Source: an uncultured virus (IMG/VR IMGVR_UViG_3300042564_005422) (lineage: Duplodnaviria > Heunggongvirae > Uroviricota > Caudoviricetes). From it: a stretch of DNA of 64,000 nucleotides. The stretch lies in the IMG/VR virus record IMGVR_UViG_3300042564_005422, one strand, 5' to 3'. The translations under genes and the position numbers were made by a program. The notes below the pieces were generated by a model, which was not told where the DNA came from, did no database searches, and was given only the letters and a program-made list of their open reading frames with translations. Shown here piece after piece: positions 1 through 10,463 of this stretch. The stretch's first letter is position 1. Each line of letters begins with the position of its first letter.

Positions 1-1310
1 GTTTGAGTTGGGGTCTGAGTTTGAGTTGCAGTTTGACTTGGAGTTTGAGTTGGAGTCTGAGTCGGTGTTGGGGTAATTGCCGAATTATATAAAGTAATAT
101 TGTCCCCGTTTTGAATACTGATTGTTGAACCATCTTGTGCCAATAGATGATAAGTTATATAAGTTGTAGGCGTAATACTTGGTGTAATACTAGGTGTTGG
201 TGTCTGTGTAGGTGTTGGTGTCTGTGTAGGAGTCTGTGTTGGTGTCTCAGTTTGTGTTGGTGTCTGTGTAGGAGTCTGAGTTGAGGTTTGTGTAGGAGTC
301 TGAGTTGAGGTTTGTGTTGGAGTTTGTGTGGGAGTCTGAGTTGAGGTTTGTGTGGGAGTCTGAGTTGAGGTTTGTGTAGGAGTTTGTGTTGGAGTTTGTG
401 TTGGAGTTTCAGTTTGACTAGGAGTTTGTGTTGGGGTTTGTGTTGGGGTTTCAGTTTGACTAGGAGTTTGTGTTGGGGTTTGGCTAGGTGTTGGAGTAAT
501 TGTTGGGGTAATTAATGGTGTTGGAGTGACAGGGGCGAACGTTTGATTTGGGGTTACTTGTATTTGGTACGCACCTCCTGATTCTGATGAGGTCACGCCT
601 GTTATCAATGAAGTCCTATTTAAAGAATCGAAATTTTCATTAATAGTTACTATTGTTTGCCCGCTAGAGTTACCTAAAGATATTGTTACACCTGTTTGAA
701 CTAAAATAGTCCCACCAGTATATCCTAAAACATTTGTAAAATTAATTGTGACATCATTAACTAAATTTTCTTCAGATATTAAATTATATATCGCAACAAT
801 AGAACCTGGTTCTATAATAGATTCAAGTGTTATAGTAATATCTTCAGTTGTATATGCAGTAATTGGAATTAATTTAGTTCTTCTATCAAAATGATATCTA
901 TCCCATTTTGTAGTTCCACTATATAATCCCATACTAAAATATATTGTTTCACCTGACATTTCAGGGACTAACCCATTATCGGTACCAACTAATCCAATAT
1001 CACATAAACTATCACCTGTAAAACAAGATATATTTTCATTATTTGGGTTATAATAATTTAATGAAACCAAAGTATTTCCGGACATGAAATCCCCATAATT
1101 TAAAGTTGGTTGTTGTGAAGAATTAGGGTTATTTAAATCGAAATAAATTGGTAATCTATTACCATCGTTTATTCCAATTAATTGAGTTGAAAAAACAACT
1201 TCTTCATTAAAATCTCTTTCATCAGAAGCTAAGGACATGTCCAAATTGTTCCAACTTGGATTTAATTTCCACTTATTAAAGACATATTGATTAATATTCT
1301 GTTGACTCAT
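1..1310 (-). CDS. Probable virion protein with long mucin-like Thr/Pro/Gln repeats (3' end runs off the window)
   Basis: Not in the ORF track because it has no stop in the window. ATG at 1310 reads [20 protein letters not shown]...[12 protein letters not shown]... and stays open to base 1. It contains ([12 protein letters not shown])n tracts and has TATTTAT 6 nt upstream. Confidence 0.85.
   Translation of the reverse strand, partial: MSQQNINQYVFNKWKLNPSWNNLDMSLASDERDFNEEVVFSTQLIGINDGNRLPIYFDLNNPNSSQQPTLNYGDFMSGNTLVSLNYYNPNNENISCFTGDSLCDIGLVGTDNGLVPEMSGETIYFSMGLYSGTTKWDRYHFDRRTKLIPITAYTTEDITITLESIIEPGSIVAIYNLISEENLVNDVTINFTNVLGYTGGTILVQTGVTISLGNSSGQTIVTINENFDSLNRTSLITGVTSSESGGAYQIQVTPNQTFAPVTPTPLITPTITPTPSQTPTQTPSQTETPTQTPTQTPSQTETPTQTPTQTPTQTSTQTPTQTSTQTPTQTPTQTSTQTPTQTSTQTPTQTPTQTETPTQTPTQTPTPTQTPTPSITPSITPTTYITYHLLAQDGSTISIQNGDNITLYNSAITPTPTQTPTQTPSQTATQTQTPTQ
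165..530 (-). repeat. Imperfect 12-bp tandem coding repeat encoding [12 protein letters not shown]; a second tract lies at 1-80
   Basis: Units such as ggagtttgtgtt, ggagtctgagtt and gaggtttgtgta recur on the + strand. Confidence 0.95.
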
Positions 1311-1355
1311 CTTTTAATAAATACAATAATCAAAGTATTTATAGGTAAAAACATT

Positions 1356-2216
1356 ATGAATAATAAAATTGAAACTTTTTCTAACAATTATTATTTCTTT
1401 TTAAAAGAAAGAGAAGATGATATTGCGTTATATTATTCAGTTTCAAATACTTTAAGTGAAGCACGAAAAAACGATAAAGTTATATTGTTTGAAAAGAAAA
1501 ATTTACCAAAAGTAAAACAAGAAATTAAAAAAATACAAAAAGTAAAAAAAATAAAAAATACTGATGAGATGAAATCTCATTTAAAAAATTTTAAAGGAGA
1601 GATTGGAGAATTAGTTGATTACGATGGAACATTTTTAAGTTCAAAAATACCAATTATTAATCCAAAACTTTCACCAATTAAAACTACTGACCAAGAAGTT
1701 GTTGCAACAAGACAAACCAATAATCCCGTAACAAGAGGTTATCGAGTTTATTATGGAGAATCTATTGAGGACGGTCCTGTACTTGAAATTGATATGGATG
1801 GTGCGTTTGGTTGGGATGAAACCAAAAATATGGATGGTAAAAAAACATTCAAATATCTTGTAAAAAACATGGGGATGGAACCTGAAGATGCAAAAGACAG
1901 GACTGAAAAATTTGGTAAAGATATAAAAGATAAAAAAGAAAAAAATACTCCCAAAAAAATTAAAAATAAAAAATCTTTTATTGGGACTTTTAATCTTTTT
2001 GAAAAAAGGAAAATTGAAGAAAAAAAGAATGAGGACGCTAGGAAATTAATTGAGGATATTTTGGTACAAAAAAATAAAAAAGATTCAGATATCACAAAAA
2101 AAGAAACTAAAATTTCTAAAACTTTTTTAAATAATCTAAAATCTTTAAAAAAGATGGCTGACAAAGAAGGTATTAGTTTAGGTGAGTTAGTTAAAATGAT
2201 AAAAAAGGATGAATAA
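1356..2216 (+). CDS. Hypothetical Lys-rich phage protein
   Basis: The track ORF starts at TTG 1287; ATG 1356, downstream of a TATTTAT motif, is the more plausible start. Confidence 0.7.
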   Translation: MNNKIETFSNNYYFFLKEREDDIALYYSVSNTLSEARKNDKVILFEKKNLPKVKQEIKKIQKVKKIKNTDEMKSHLKNFKGEIGELVDYDGTFLSSKIPIINPKLSPIKTTDQEVVATRQTNNPVTRGYRVYYGESIEDGPVLEIDMDGAFGWDETKNMDGKKTFKYLVKNMGMEPEDAKDRTEKFGKDIKDKKEKNTPKKIKNKKSFIGTFNLFEKRKIEEKKNEDARKLIEDILVQKNKKDSDITKKETKISKTFLNNLKSLKKMADKEGISLGELVKMIKKDE

Positions 2217-2673
2217 AGATTTATATAATAAAGAGTACGATATCCCAAGTGATGTTATTGAATCTTTACAAAAAGGGTTTGATGAACATAGTACTAGGTT
2301 TTATAATACTTCAGGTTATAAAAAAAATATAAATTTAAGAGATAATAAAAAAATATCATATCAACTTTTAAAAAATTATAAAAACAAATTTGAAAGTGGA
2401 AATTTAAGTAAAGAAAGATATGAATTAATGGGTGGAGATAGGATGAAAAATTGGGTTAATATGTTATTAAACCAAGATAGACAAACACTTAAAACTTCTA
2501 AAAAACATAGAATGGATTCAGGTTTGTCAAATTCTTTTATAAAAACTCATACTAAAAACCCATTGAATGGTGTTAGACCATCTTTGAGTCACAAAAAAAC
2601 AAGCTTTAGACACGCATCTTCTATATTTGAAGATATAGAAAGAATAAACGAAATAATAAAAATAATAATTTAA
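2209..2673 (+). CDS. Hypothetical protein
   Basis: 154-aa ORF overlapping the upstream stop; ends in an IFEDIERINEII helix. Confidence 0.7.
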   Translation: MNKDLYNKEYDIPSDVIESLQKGFDEHSTRFYNTSGYKKNINLRDNKKISYQLLKNYKNKFESGNLSKERYELMGGDRMKNWVNMLLNQDRQTLKTSKKHRMDSGLSNSFIKTHTKNPLNGVRPSLSHKKTSFRHASSIFEDIERINEIIKIII

Positions 2674-2677
2674 AATT

Positions 2678-2980
2678 ATGCCAAGTTACATTCCAATTAA
2701 TTTTGAGCAACAACAATTAAACCAACTAGGTCAAATTGGTGTTCAACAAAGAGGAACATTAATTCCAACTAATGATTATTTTCAAACGAATCAATACAGT
2801 GCAACAAATCCTGACGCATTAGCAACTGGCGATGCTCAAGGTAAGGGTACAGGAAACGATGGTTTATTAAACGCTTATGATTTTGTTGCAGGTAACAATA
2901 GAGACGTACAAGAAAGAGCGTCAGAAGTTGCAATTAATTACTATAAAGCTCAAGTACCTTACACTACCCCATCAGTATAA
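2678..2980 (+). CDS. Hypothetical Gln/Asn/Gly-rich protein, possibly structural
   Basis: 100-aa ORF within the operon. Confidence 0.65.
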   Translation: MPSYIPINFEQQQLNQLGQIGVQQRGTLIPTNDYFQTNQYSATNPDALATGDAQGKGTGNDGLLNAYDFVAGNNRDVQERASEVAINYYKAQVPYTTPSV

Positions 2981-3363
2981 TGAAATTAATAAACTCATTA
3001 AAATCACTATTGGTTGAGACTGTTACTTTTCGTGATATACGAGATGCCATATCCCAACGCAAAGTTATTTATATAACATATAATGGTGATGAACCCGGAG
3101 GTAAAGGTATTCGTGTTATTGAGCCAGTGTGCTTAGGAGTTAATAAAAAAGGTAATCAAGTATTGTGTGCGTGGGAAAGAGAAGGAGCGTCTCATAGAGG
3201 ATATTTAAGACAACGTCCTATGCCAGGATGGAGATATTTTAAAGTTAGAGACATTTTAAGTGTGACTCCAACAGATATCGAGTTTTCTGAAGTCAGACCA
3301 GGTTTTAATCCAAATGGAGACAAAAGAATGATATCAATTGACATTTTAGCAAAGTTTATTTAA
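2980..3363 (+). CDS. Stand-alone WYL-domain protein
   Basis: Pattern AI-x(4)-I-x-I-x-Y...R-x-IEP-x-x-LG...L-x-AW...WR-x-F-x-V-x-x-I matches the WYL domain. Confidence 0.75.
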   Translation: MKLINSLKSLLVETVTFRDIRDAISQRKVIYITYNGDEPGGKGIRVIEPVCLGVNKKGNQVLCAWEREGASHRGYLRQRPMPGWRYFKVRDILSVTPTDIEFSEVRPGFNPNGDKRMISIDILAKFI

Positions 3364-3373
3364 TATAAAGAAT

Positions 3374-3952
3374 ATGACAGAAGATTTAATACAAAAACTC
3401 ATGATTTCAAAAAAAATCATGGATAAAAGTGATAACATCAAAAGAGGAGATGTTAGAAATATTTCAGAATCAAATTTTAATAGTAGTCCTGAAATTCAAG
3501 ATTTTAATATTCCCCAGGCTAGTTATAATATTCCACAGGAATTTATGACTGAGTCTAAACCCGTACAATCAAAACAATTTACAAATACAAAAGATAGAAT
3601 TTTAAGTTCTAAATTACCTGACGCAATTAAACAATTAATGATTGAACACCCAATACAATCACCACAACCATCATCACCTACAATTTCAGACGACATTATT
3701 GAAAGAGCTGCCAGATTAATGAATCAAAATAAAGAGTCTATTGTTGAGACATCTACTAACAAAAAATCCACAGTTCCTCAAACTTCAAACAATTCTGATT
3801 TACGAAAAATGCTTAAAGAAGTAGTTACCGAAGTTTTGACAGAAAAAGGAATAATACACGAATCAGAACAAAAGTCACAACAAGTAGTCCAAATTAAAGT
3901 TGGCGACCACATTTTTGAAGGTAAAATAACTAAAATAAAAAAATTAAAATAA
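3374..3952 (+). CDS. Hypothetical protein
   Basis: 192-aa ORF followed by a terminator. Confidence 0.7.
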   Translation: MTEDLIQKLMISKKIMDKSDNIKRGDVRNISESNFNSSPEIQDFNIPQASYNIPQEFMTESKPVQSKQFTNTKDRILSSKLPDAIKQLMIEHPIQSPQPSSPTISDDIIERAARLMNQNKESIVETSTNKKSTVPQTSNNSDLRKMLKEVVTEVLTEKGIIHESEQKSQQVVQIKVGDHIFEGKITKIKKLK

Positions 3953-3955
3953 ATG

Positions 3956-3978
3956 AACCCCCACTTAGGGGGTTTTTT
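3956..3978 (+). terminator. Rho-independent terminator
   Basis: AACCCCC-ACTTA-GGGGGTT followed by a T run. Confidence 0.8.
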
Positions 3979-3989
3979 ATTCATATGTG

Positions 3990-4018
3990 TTGAAATATTG
4001 TAGATTAAGTACTATAAT
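3990..4018 (+). promoter_or_regulatory. Sigma70-family promoter heading the glycan operon
   Basis: TTGAAA-17 nt-TATAAT, 7 nt upstream of ATG 4026; it also fits the TTG-N20-TA spacing seen at other promoters here. Confidence 0.5.
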
Positions 4019-4025
4019 TATTTCT

Positions 4026-5243
4026 ATGAGTAAAAAAATTAATATTTTAGTTTTACCTTCAGATAGAAGTGGTGTTGGTAAATTTAGGTCGGTTGACCCA
4101 CACGTATGTTTACAAAAATTATATCCAAACGAAGTACACGTTGACATTGAATTTGATGTGGATTACAATGACGATAGATTTTGGAAAAAATACGATATTG
4201 TTCATTTTCACAGATTAATAGGAACTGATTATGATAAATCATTAGAATTAATTAATAAACTAAATTCTGATGGGGTGGTTACAATTTGTGACATAGATGA
4301 CTATTGGTTACCTACCAAAGAACATCCATTACATTCAATCATTGTTGAAGAAAAAATAAATGAGAGAATTATTGCACAAATAAAGGTGGCGTCACATGTC
4401 ACTACTACAACCCCAATATTTGCACACGAGGTGTCTAAAATAAATAAAAATGTGTCAGTATTACCAAATGCAATTGACCCTAATGAACCTCAATTTAAGG
4501 AACCATCAATTGAGTCTGACAGAATTAGAGTTGGGTGGTTAGGGGGTTCTTCACATTTACATGACCTTAATTTACTTGATGGGATGATAAATAAGTTAGG
4601 TTCTTTAAATGATAAACTACAATATGTTTTATGTGGATTTGACACTAGAGGGTCAATGACTGAGTATAACAAAGAGACTGGTGAAAAGAAAGTTCGACCA
4701 ATTAAACCTGAAGAAACAGTATGGGTAAAGTACGAAGAAATATTCACAAATAATTATAAAATTATTAGTCCTGAGTATAAATCACATTTAATGAAATTTA
4801 AAGATGAACCTTACTTTAATGAATTAAATGAAGGGTACCGAAGAGTTTGGACATTACCTACAACATCTTACGCCAAAAATTATTCAAAATTTGATATATC
4901 ATTAGCCCCAATTAAAAACCATATTTTTAATAAAGTTAAATCACAGTTAAAAGTTATTGAAGCGGGGTTTTACAAAAGAGCGTTAATTGCATCTAATGTT
5001 GGACCTTACACTGTTGATTTAAAACACGCTCTTAATCATGGTGAGTTTGTTGACGGAAACGCTTTATTAATTGAGGAAACTCGTAATCACTCCGATTGGT
5101 CAAAAAACATTAAAAAATTAGTCAATAATCCAAATATGATTGTTGATTTAGGTGAAAGATTGTATGAAACAGTCTCAAAAAAATACGATTTAAATAACGT
5201 AACCAAAGATAGAAAAGAACTTTATTTCAGTTTATTAAAATAA
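4026..5243 (+). CDS. GT-B fold glycosyltransferase (GT4-like)
   Basis: Motifs DIDDYW, VLPNAID, VGWLGGSSH, DISLAPI...FNKVKSQLKVIEAG, IASNVGPY. Start moved to ATG 4026. Confidence 0.85.
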   Translation: MSKKINILVLPSDRSGVGKFRSVDPHVCLQKLYPNEVHVDIEFDVDYNDDRFWKKYDIVHFHRLIGTDYDKSLELINKLNSDGVVTICDIDDYWLPTKEHPLHSIIVEEKINERIIAQIKVASHVTTTTPIFAHEVSKINKNVSVLPNAIDPNEPQFKEPSIESDRIRVGWLGGSSHLHDLNLLDGMINKLGSLNDKLQYVLCGFDTRGSMTEYNKETGEKKVRPIKPEETVWVKYEEIFTNNYKIISPEYKSHLMKFKDEPYFNELNEGYRRVWTLPTTSYAKNYSKFDISLAPIKNHIFNKVKSQLKVIEAGFYKRALIASNVGPYTVDLKHALNHGEFVDGNALLIEETRNHSDWSKNIKKLVNNPNMIVDLGERLYETVSKKYDLNNVTKDRKELYFSLLK

Positions 5244-5246
5244 TTT

Positions 5247-5948
5247 ATGATACAGTACCCATTAAACAAACTATTATTTATAGATATTGAGACTGTTGGG
5301 GTTTCAAGTAATTACGATACTTTCAAAAGAGACTACCCGTCTCTTTGTTATCAATTTGATAATTATTTAGATTGGTTTCAAAAAAGATTTACTGAAGATT
5401 CAGATAAATCAAAAGAAGATATATTTGTTAACCGAGCCGCTTTAGTACCTGAATTTTGTAAAATAATTTGTGTCTCAGTAGGGTTTATTGGACCTGATAA
5501 TACAGTTAAAAAACAAACTTTTTTTAATTCAGATGAAACTCAATTATTAAAAGATGTCAACACACTATTAAATCGTGTTGATAAATTAGGGTTTGTGCTT
5601 TGTGGACATAATATTAAGAATTTTGATATTCCTGTGTTAGGAAAAAGAATGATAATTAATGGTATATTACCATCATCAATTTTACCAACTCCCGACACAA
5701 AACCTTGGGAAGTTAAAGCGGTTGACACTAAAGATATTTGGCAATTTGGTCAATTTGGAGCAATCAGTTCTTTAGAATTGATGTGTATATCTTTAGGAAT
5801 TGAATCATCTAAAAATATGGAAGTTACGGGTAATAAAGTACACTATTATTTTTGGAATGAAAACAAATACCAAGAGATACAAGATTACTGTGAAAAAGAC
5901 GTTGAGGTTTTAATAAATGTTGTTAAAAAAATTAAAAATTTAAAATGA
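5247..5948 (+). CDS. Stand-alone DEDDy 3'-5' exonuclease (PolB exonuclease-like)
   Basis: ExoI DIET, ExoII GHNIKNFD and ExoIII YCEKD motifs. Confidence 0.85.
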   Translation: MIQYPLNKLLFIDIETVGVSSNYDTFKRDYPSLCYQFDNYLDWFQKRFTEDSDKSKEDIFVNRAALVPEFCKIICVSVGFIGPDNTVKKQTFFNSDETQLLKDVNTLLNRVDKLGFVLCGHNIKNFDIPVLGKRMIINGILPSSILPTPDTKPWEVKAVDTKDIWQFGQFGAISSLELMCISLGIESSKNMEVTGNKVHYYFWNENKYQEIQDYCEKDVEVLINVVKKIKNLK

Positions 5949-6544
5949 ATTTAGATATTAACGACGAGGATTTTGATTTATATGAGGAAATGAAAAAAAT
6001 TCAAGAATCTTTAGATAAAGAATCTAATTTGAATTTATATAAACAAATTTCGGATGATTATGGTATTGATTTAAAAGACTTTGAAGACAAAATGATAGAG
6101 TCTATGAAAAAACTTGACTTACCTTATTCATCGGAAACTGATTTAGATTTAAAGTATAATTACGTATCCGACAGTGGGTTTGATTTATACTCAACAGAGG
6201 AAATTTCAATTGAAGCTTTTGGAAGAGCTTTAATACCTACGGGCATTAGATTTGAGATACCTGAAGGTTTTGAAATTCAGGTTAGGTCAAAAAGTGGATT
6301 AGCTCTTAAACAAGGGTTAATGGTTCTTAATAGTCCAGGTACTGTTGATGAGGGGTACACTGGTGAGGTACAAGTAATAGTGTTTAATACAAATAAAGAA
6401 TCATTTAAAATTACTAAAGGTATGAAAATTGCTCAAGCGGTTTTATCCAAATGTTATCCCGGTAGAAATGTTAATTTGGTTAAAGTAAGTAAAGTTGAAA
6501 ATAAAGACCGTGGTGAAAACGGATTTGGAAGTACAGGAATATGA
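5945..6544 (+). CDS. dut: Trimeric dUTPase
   Basis: SGFDL, RSKSGLA, PGTVDEGYTGE, IAQ and RGENGFGSTG (motifs I-V). Confidence 0.95.
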   Translation: MNLDINDEDFDLYEEMKKIQESLDKESNLNLYKQISDDYGIDLKDFEDKMIESMKKLDLPYSSETDLDLKYNYVSDSGFDLYSTEEISIEAFGRALIPTGIRFEIPEGFEIQVRSKSGLALKQGLMVLNSPGTVDEGYTGEVQVIVFNTNKESFKITKGMKIAQAVLSKCYPGRNVNLVKVSKVENKDRGENGFGSTGI

Positions 6545-8178
6545 TAACAATTGGATATAGTACAAGAAAATCAAATCCTGAATTTCAGGAATATTTAAAA
6601 AAATCATGTGGTAACCCAAAAATACAGATTATTGAAAAAGTTAACAATGGTGAAAAAAATCTTTCAGTTGTTTATAACGAAATATTATCTGAGTCAACTA
6701 ATGATATTGTAGTATTGTGTCATGATGACATTTATTTTGATACAAAAAATTGGGGGGAAAAACTTAAAAAAGTTTTTGATAGAAATAATGAGTTTTCAAT
6801 TTTAGGAGTTGCAGGAACAACAAGTTTACCTATTAGTGGTATGTGGTGGGAAGATAGGTCTAAAATGTTTGGTATTGTGAATCATGAACATGATGGTAAA
6901 AAATGGGAATCAAGGTATTCGGATTCTTTACAAAACAATGTTAAAGAAGTTGTACTTGTTGACGGTTTGTTTATGTGTTTAAATAAACAAAAAATTAAAG
7001 ACTCTTTTGATGAATCAGTTGATGGATTCCATTTTTATGATGTCAATTTTTGTTTTAAAAATTATTTAAGTGGGTGTAAGATTGGAGTAATTACAAATAT
7101 TAGAATCACCCATAAGTCAATAGGAATGACAAATGAAAAATGGGAAGAAAATAGGAAAATTTTTTCTGAAAAGTATAAAAACAACTTACCTTCAAAAATA
7201 AAAGTAACCGAAAATGACAAATTAAAAGTTTTAATTGGTTGTTTATTTTTTAGAGAATTTACAGGTTCTGAAATGTACGTTTACGAACTATCCAAAAATT
7301 TACTAAAAATGAATGTAGATGTTTCTATTGTTGCTTATGAAACTGTCGGTAGATTATCTGAAATTGCTAAAAAAGAAGGGATTAAAGTTTATAATATTAC
7401 AGAACCTCCAGGGTTTAAAATGGGGGACGGAATTTGGAGGATGTCTACACCAAATGGGATAATAACAACTGAAAAAAACAAATATTATAGAATCTCAAAT
7501 GAAACGTTTGATATTATTCATTACCAACACCAACCTGTTGTAAATACGTTAAATAATTTATATCCCGATATTAAAAAAATATATACTATACATTCTGAAG
7601 TCATTTCTTTAGAAAATCCAATAATTAATGAGAGTGTTAAAAAATACATAGCAATTCGACCTGAGATTAAAGAGTGTATTGTTAAAAATTTTAACGTACC
7701 CGAAAACCTTGTTGAAGTTATTTACAACCCAATTAATTCTGAAAAATTTAATATTAAAAATACAAAAGATTTAGGTTACACTTTATTTGTTGGGACAATT
7801 GACGAGATACGAAAACAAACCATTTTTGATTTAATTAAAACCACTAAAGAAAATAATAAAACATTATATATTGTAGGTAAAAATCAATCAAACTATTTAA
7901 ATTCAATTTTAAATGAGTCTCATGTAAAATATTTTGACAGTACGATTGATGTACAAAAATATGTTAAAGATTGTTCCGAAACTGCTGGTATTTTATTAGG
8001 TAGAACTACAATTGAAGGTTGGATGTGCGGTAAAAGTGGTTGGATATACAACATTGATAATTTAGGTAACATAATCGATAAAAAATTACATGAGCCACCT
8101 TTAGATGTGGAAAGATTTGATTCATTAAATGTTACTAAAAAAATAAAACAAAATTATATAGACATAATTAATTTATGA
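6541..8178 (+). CDS. Two-domain glycosyltransferase (GT-A N-terminal, GT-B C-terminal)
   Basis: N-half has LCHDD, LGVAG, VDGLF and FHFYD; C-half has TGSEMYVYEL, IYNPI, LFVGTID and GRTTIEGW. Confidence 0.8.
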   Translation: MITIGYSTRKSNPEFQEYLKKSCGNPKIQIIEKVNNGEKNLSVVYNEILSESTNDIVVLCHDDIYFDTKNWGEKLKKVFDRNNEFSILGVAGTTSLPISGMWWEDRSKMFGIVNHEHDGKKWESRYSDSLQNNVKEVVLVDGLFMCLNKQKIKDSFDESVDGFHFYDVNFCFKNYLSGCKIGVITNIRITHKSIGMTNEKWEENRKIFSEKYKNNLPSKIKVTENDKLKVLIGCLFFREFTGSEMYVYELSKNLLKMNVDVSIVAYETVGRLSEIAKKEGIKVYNITEPPGFKMGDGIWRMSTPNGIITTEKNKYYRISNETFDIIHYQHQPVVNTLNNLYPDIKKIYTIHSEVISLENPIINESVKKYIAIRPEIKECIVKNFNVPENLVEVIYNPINSEKFNIKNTKDLGYTLFVGTIDEIRKQTIFDLIKTTKENNKTLYIVGKNQSNYLNSILNESHVKYFDSTIDVQKYVKDCSETAGILLGRTTIEGWMCGKSGWIYNIDNLGNIIDKKLHEPPLDVERFDSLNVTKKIKQNYIDIINL

Positions 8179-8822
8179 TTTTAAACAATTTTTTTTCCAA
8201 ATCCTTTTGTATAAATTTAGACAGAAGACAAGACAGATGGACGACTATTACTAAAAAATTTAATGATTTTGGAATTGTTGCTGAAAGGTATTCCGCATTT
8301 GATGGTAAAACTTTAACATTACCATATCCTCATTCATCTGAATTAGGGGGTACCATATCTCATTTAAATGTGATTAAAATGGCGAAAGAGTTAAATTTAA
8401 AGAACGTTTTAATATACGAAGATGACGTTGAATTTGATTCAAATATTTCTGAAAAATTTGAATCAATTATTCCTCAGATTCCTGAAGATTGGGACCTTAT
8501 ATATTTTGGTGGAAACCACCAAGGTCCAATTAAACAAATTTCCGAAAACATTTTTAAATTGTCTCACACTTATGCATTACAAATGTATGCAGTTAATTCA
8601 AAATCATACGACACAATTATAGATTTTTTAGAAGATAAAGTTAATAAGGTATTAGATAAAAAAGTATCTTTTAAACCATCAGTAGCTGCCGATTTTTATT
8701 TATCTTTATTACAACCAAAATTAAATTGTTATTGTATTAGACCTCATTTAACTTGGCAAATTCAAGATTATTCTGACATACAAGAACACATTGTAAATTA
8801 TGACTATTTGTTAAAAAAATAA
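8175..8822 (+). CDS. GT25-family glycosyltransferase
   Basis: Motifs CINLDRRQDR, AFDG, SH, LIYEDD and DWDLIYFG. Confidence 0.85.
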   Translation: MILNNFFSKSFCINLDRRQDRWTTITKKFNDFGIVAERYSAFDGKTLTLPYPHSSELGGTISHLNVIKMAKELNLKNVLIYEDDVEFDSNISEKFESIIPQIPEDWDLIYFGGNHQGPIKQISENIFKLSHTYALQMYAVNSKSYDTIIDFLEDKVNKVLDKKVSFKPSVAADFYLSLLQPKLNCYCIRPHLTWQIQDYSDIQEHIVNYDYLLKK

Positions 8823-8824
8823 TT

Positions 8825-9640
8825 ATGGATAAAATAAATTTAAAAGATATTACTTTTTCACATAGCGTATTGGGTTATTGTAGCGATTTTCAAAAAGACA
8901 ATAGGTTTTTTTGGGATAGGTCAAATTTAGACTCAAGTATTCCATGTGTATATACAGATTTCATGTTAGGACATGAAAAAATAGATAATTATGAAAAAAA
9001 CTATGCTTGGTTAATTGAACCAATGTGTATTAACTCAAATACCTACAACTATATTTTAAATAATCACCAAAATTTTAATAAAGTTTTTACACATGAAAAA
9101 TCATTACTTGATTTAAATAAGAATTTTGAATTAGTACCTTTTGGATGTTGTTGGATTGACCCTGAACAACAAAAAGTTTATAAAAAATCAAAAGACATAT
9201 CAATTATATCTTCAAATAAAAGACAAACTGACGGACATCAATTACGTCATTTGGTTATAGATAGATATAAAGATAAAATGGATGTTTATGGTAGAGGTTA
9301 TTCACCAATTGATAGAAAAATAGAAGGTTTAAAAGATTATAGATTTTCAATAGTAATTGAAAACTGTAAAAGAGATTACTGGTTTACTGAAAAATTAATA
9401 GACTGTTTTACAACTGGGACTATCCCGATTTATTGGGGGTGTCCATCGATTGGTGATTTTTTTAACACTAAAGGAATGATTTGTTTTGACAAAATAGAAG
9501 AAATAGAAGATATTTTAACAAGTTGTAATAAAGATTTATATGAAAAAATGTTACCTTTTGTAATTGAAAATTACGAAAAATCTAAATCTTACATTTTACC
9601 TGACTCAATAATTTATAATAAATTAAAAACTAATGGATAA
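8825..9640 (+). CDS. GT10-like (alpha-1,3/4-fucosyltransferase family) glycosyltransferase
   Basis: YRFSIVIEN...YWFTEKLIDCF..GTIPIYWG motif. Confidence 0.85.
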   Translation: MDKINLKDITFSHSVLGYCSDFQKDNRFFWDRSNLDSSIPCVYTDFMLGHEKIDNYEKNYAWLIEPMCINSNTYNYILNNHQNFNKVFTHEKSLLDLNKNFELVPFGCCWIDPEQQKVYKKSKDISIISSNKRQTDGHQLRHLVIDRYKDKMDVYGRGYSPIDRKIEGLKDYRFSIVIENCKRDYWFTEKLIDCFTTGTIPIYWGCPSIGDFFNTKGMICFDKIEEIEDILTSCNKDLYEKMLPFVIENYEKSKSYILPDSIIYNKLKTNG

Positions 9641-10463
9641 TATAATATCTACCGCATTGTTACAAGGAGGTTTAGGTAACCAAATGTTTCAAATTGCACA
9701 TTCGTATTCTCAGGGGTTAAAAAATAAAATACCATCGGTTTTTTTACCACAAGCATACACCCCAATGGGTAAAGCAAAACAACCCACACATTATATTAAT
9801 AATATTTTTAAAAAAATTAATTTTGTTAATAATATAAATGTTAAAAAAATAGTTAGTGAGTATAGTTGGAATGAACCTAACTTGAATTTTAATTGGGACG
9901 AGTCAGTTGGGTTTAATGGGTATTTTCAAAGTAGTAAAAATTTTTTAGGGTATGACAAAGAAATAATTGATTTATTCTTACCTTCTGAAGAATTTAAAGA
10001 AAAAATATTTAAAAAATACCCTCAATTATTATCTAATAATACGACATCAATTCATATTAGAAGAGGTGATTATCTAACAATATCTGATATACTACCAGTT
10101 ATAGATATTTCATATATTAAACACTGTATGAGTCTTTTACCTGAAACTGAAACATTTTTTATTTTTTCAGATGATTTTACTTGGGTAAAAAATAATATTA
10201 AATCTGATAAAGTTATATTTGTTGAAGATAATGACGATTATGAAGACCTATGGATGATTAGTCTTTGTAAAAATAATATAATGTCAAACTCATCTTTTTC
10301 TTGGTGGGGGTCTTTTTTAAACCAAAATAAAGATAACAAAGTTTTTGTCCCTAATATTTGGTTTGGCCCAAGAGGTGAAAAAGAATTTAATAATGTGTAT
10401 GAAAATGAGTGGAAAAAAATAAATGTAAAATTTAATAATGGATTATTATACTACAATGACTAA
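9633..10463 (+). CDS. GT11 alpha-1,2-fucosyl/colitosyltransferase
   Basis: Motifs GGLGNQMFQ, GYFQS, SIHIRRGDY, FIFSDD and SNSSFSWWG. Confidence 0.92.
   Translation: MDNIISTALLQGGLGNQMFQIAHSYSQGLKNKIPSVFLPQAYTPMGKAKQPTHYINNIFKKINFVNNINVKKIVSEYSWNEPNLNFNWDESVGFNGYFQSSKNFLGYDKEIIDLFLPSEEFKEKIFKKYPQLLSNNTTSIHIRRGDYLTISDILPVIDISYIKHCMSLLPETETFFIFSDDFTWVKNNIKSDKVIFVEDNDDYEDLWMISLCKNNIMSNSSFSWWGSFLNQNKDNKVFVPNIWFGPRGEKEFNNVYENEWKKINVKFNNGLLYYND

Noticed and set aside
1..530. Tandem repeats as a CRISPR array, telomere or iterons
   Set aside because: Units are in-frame multiples of 3 with synonymous variation and no unique spacers; they encode TPTQ on the minus strand.
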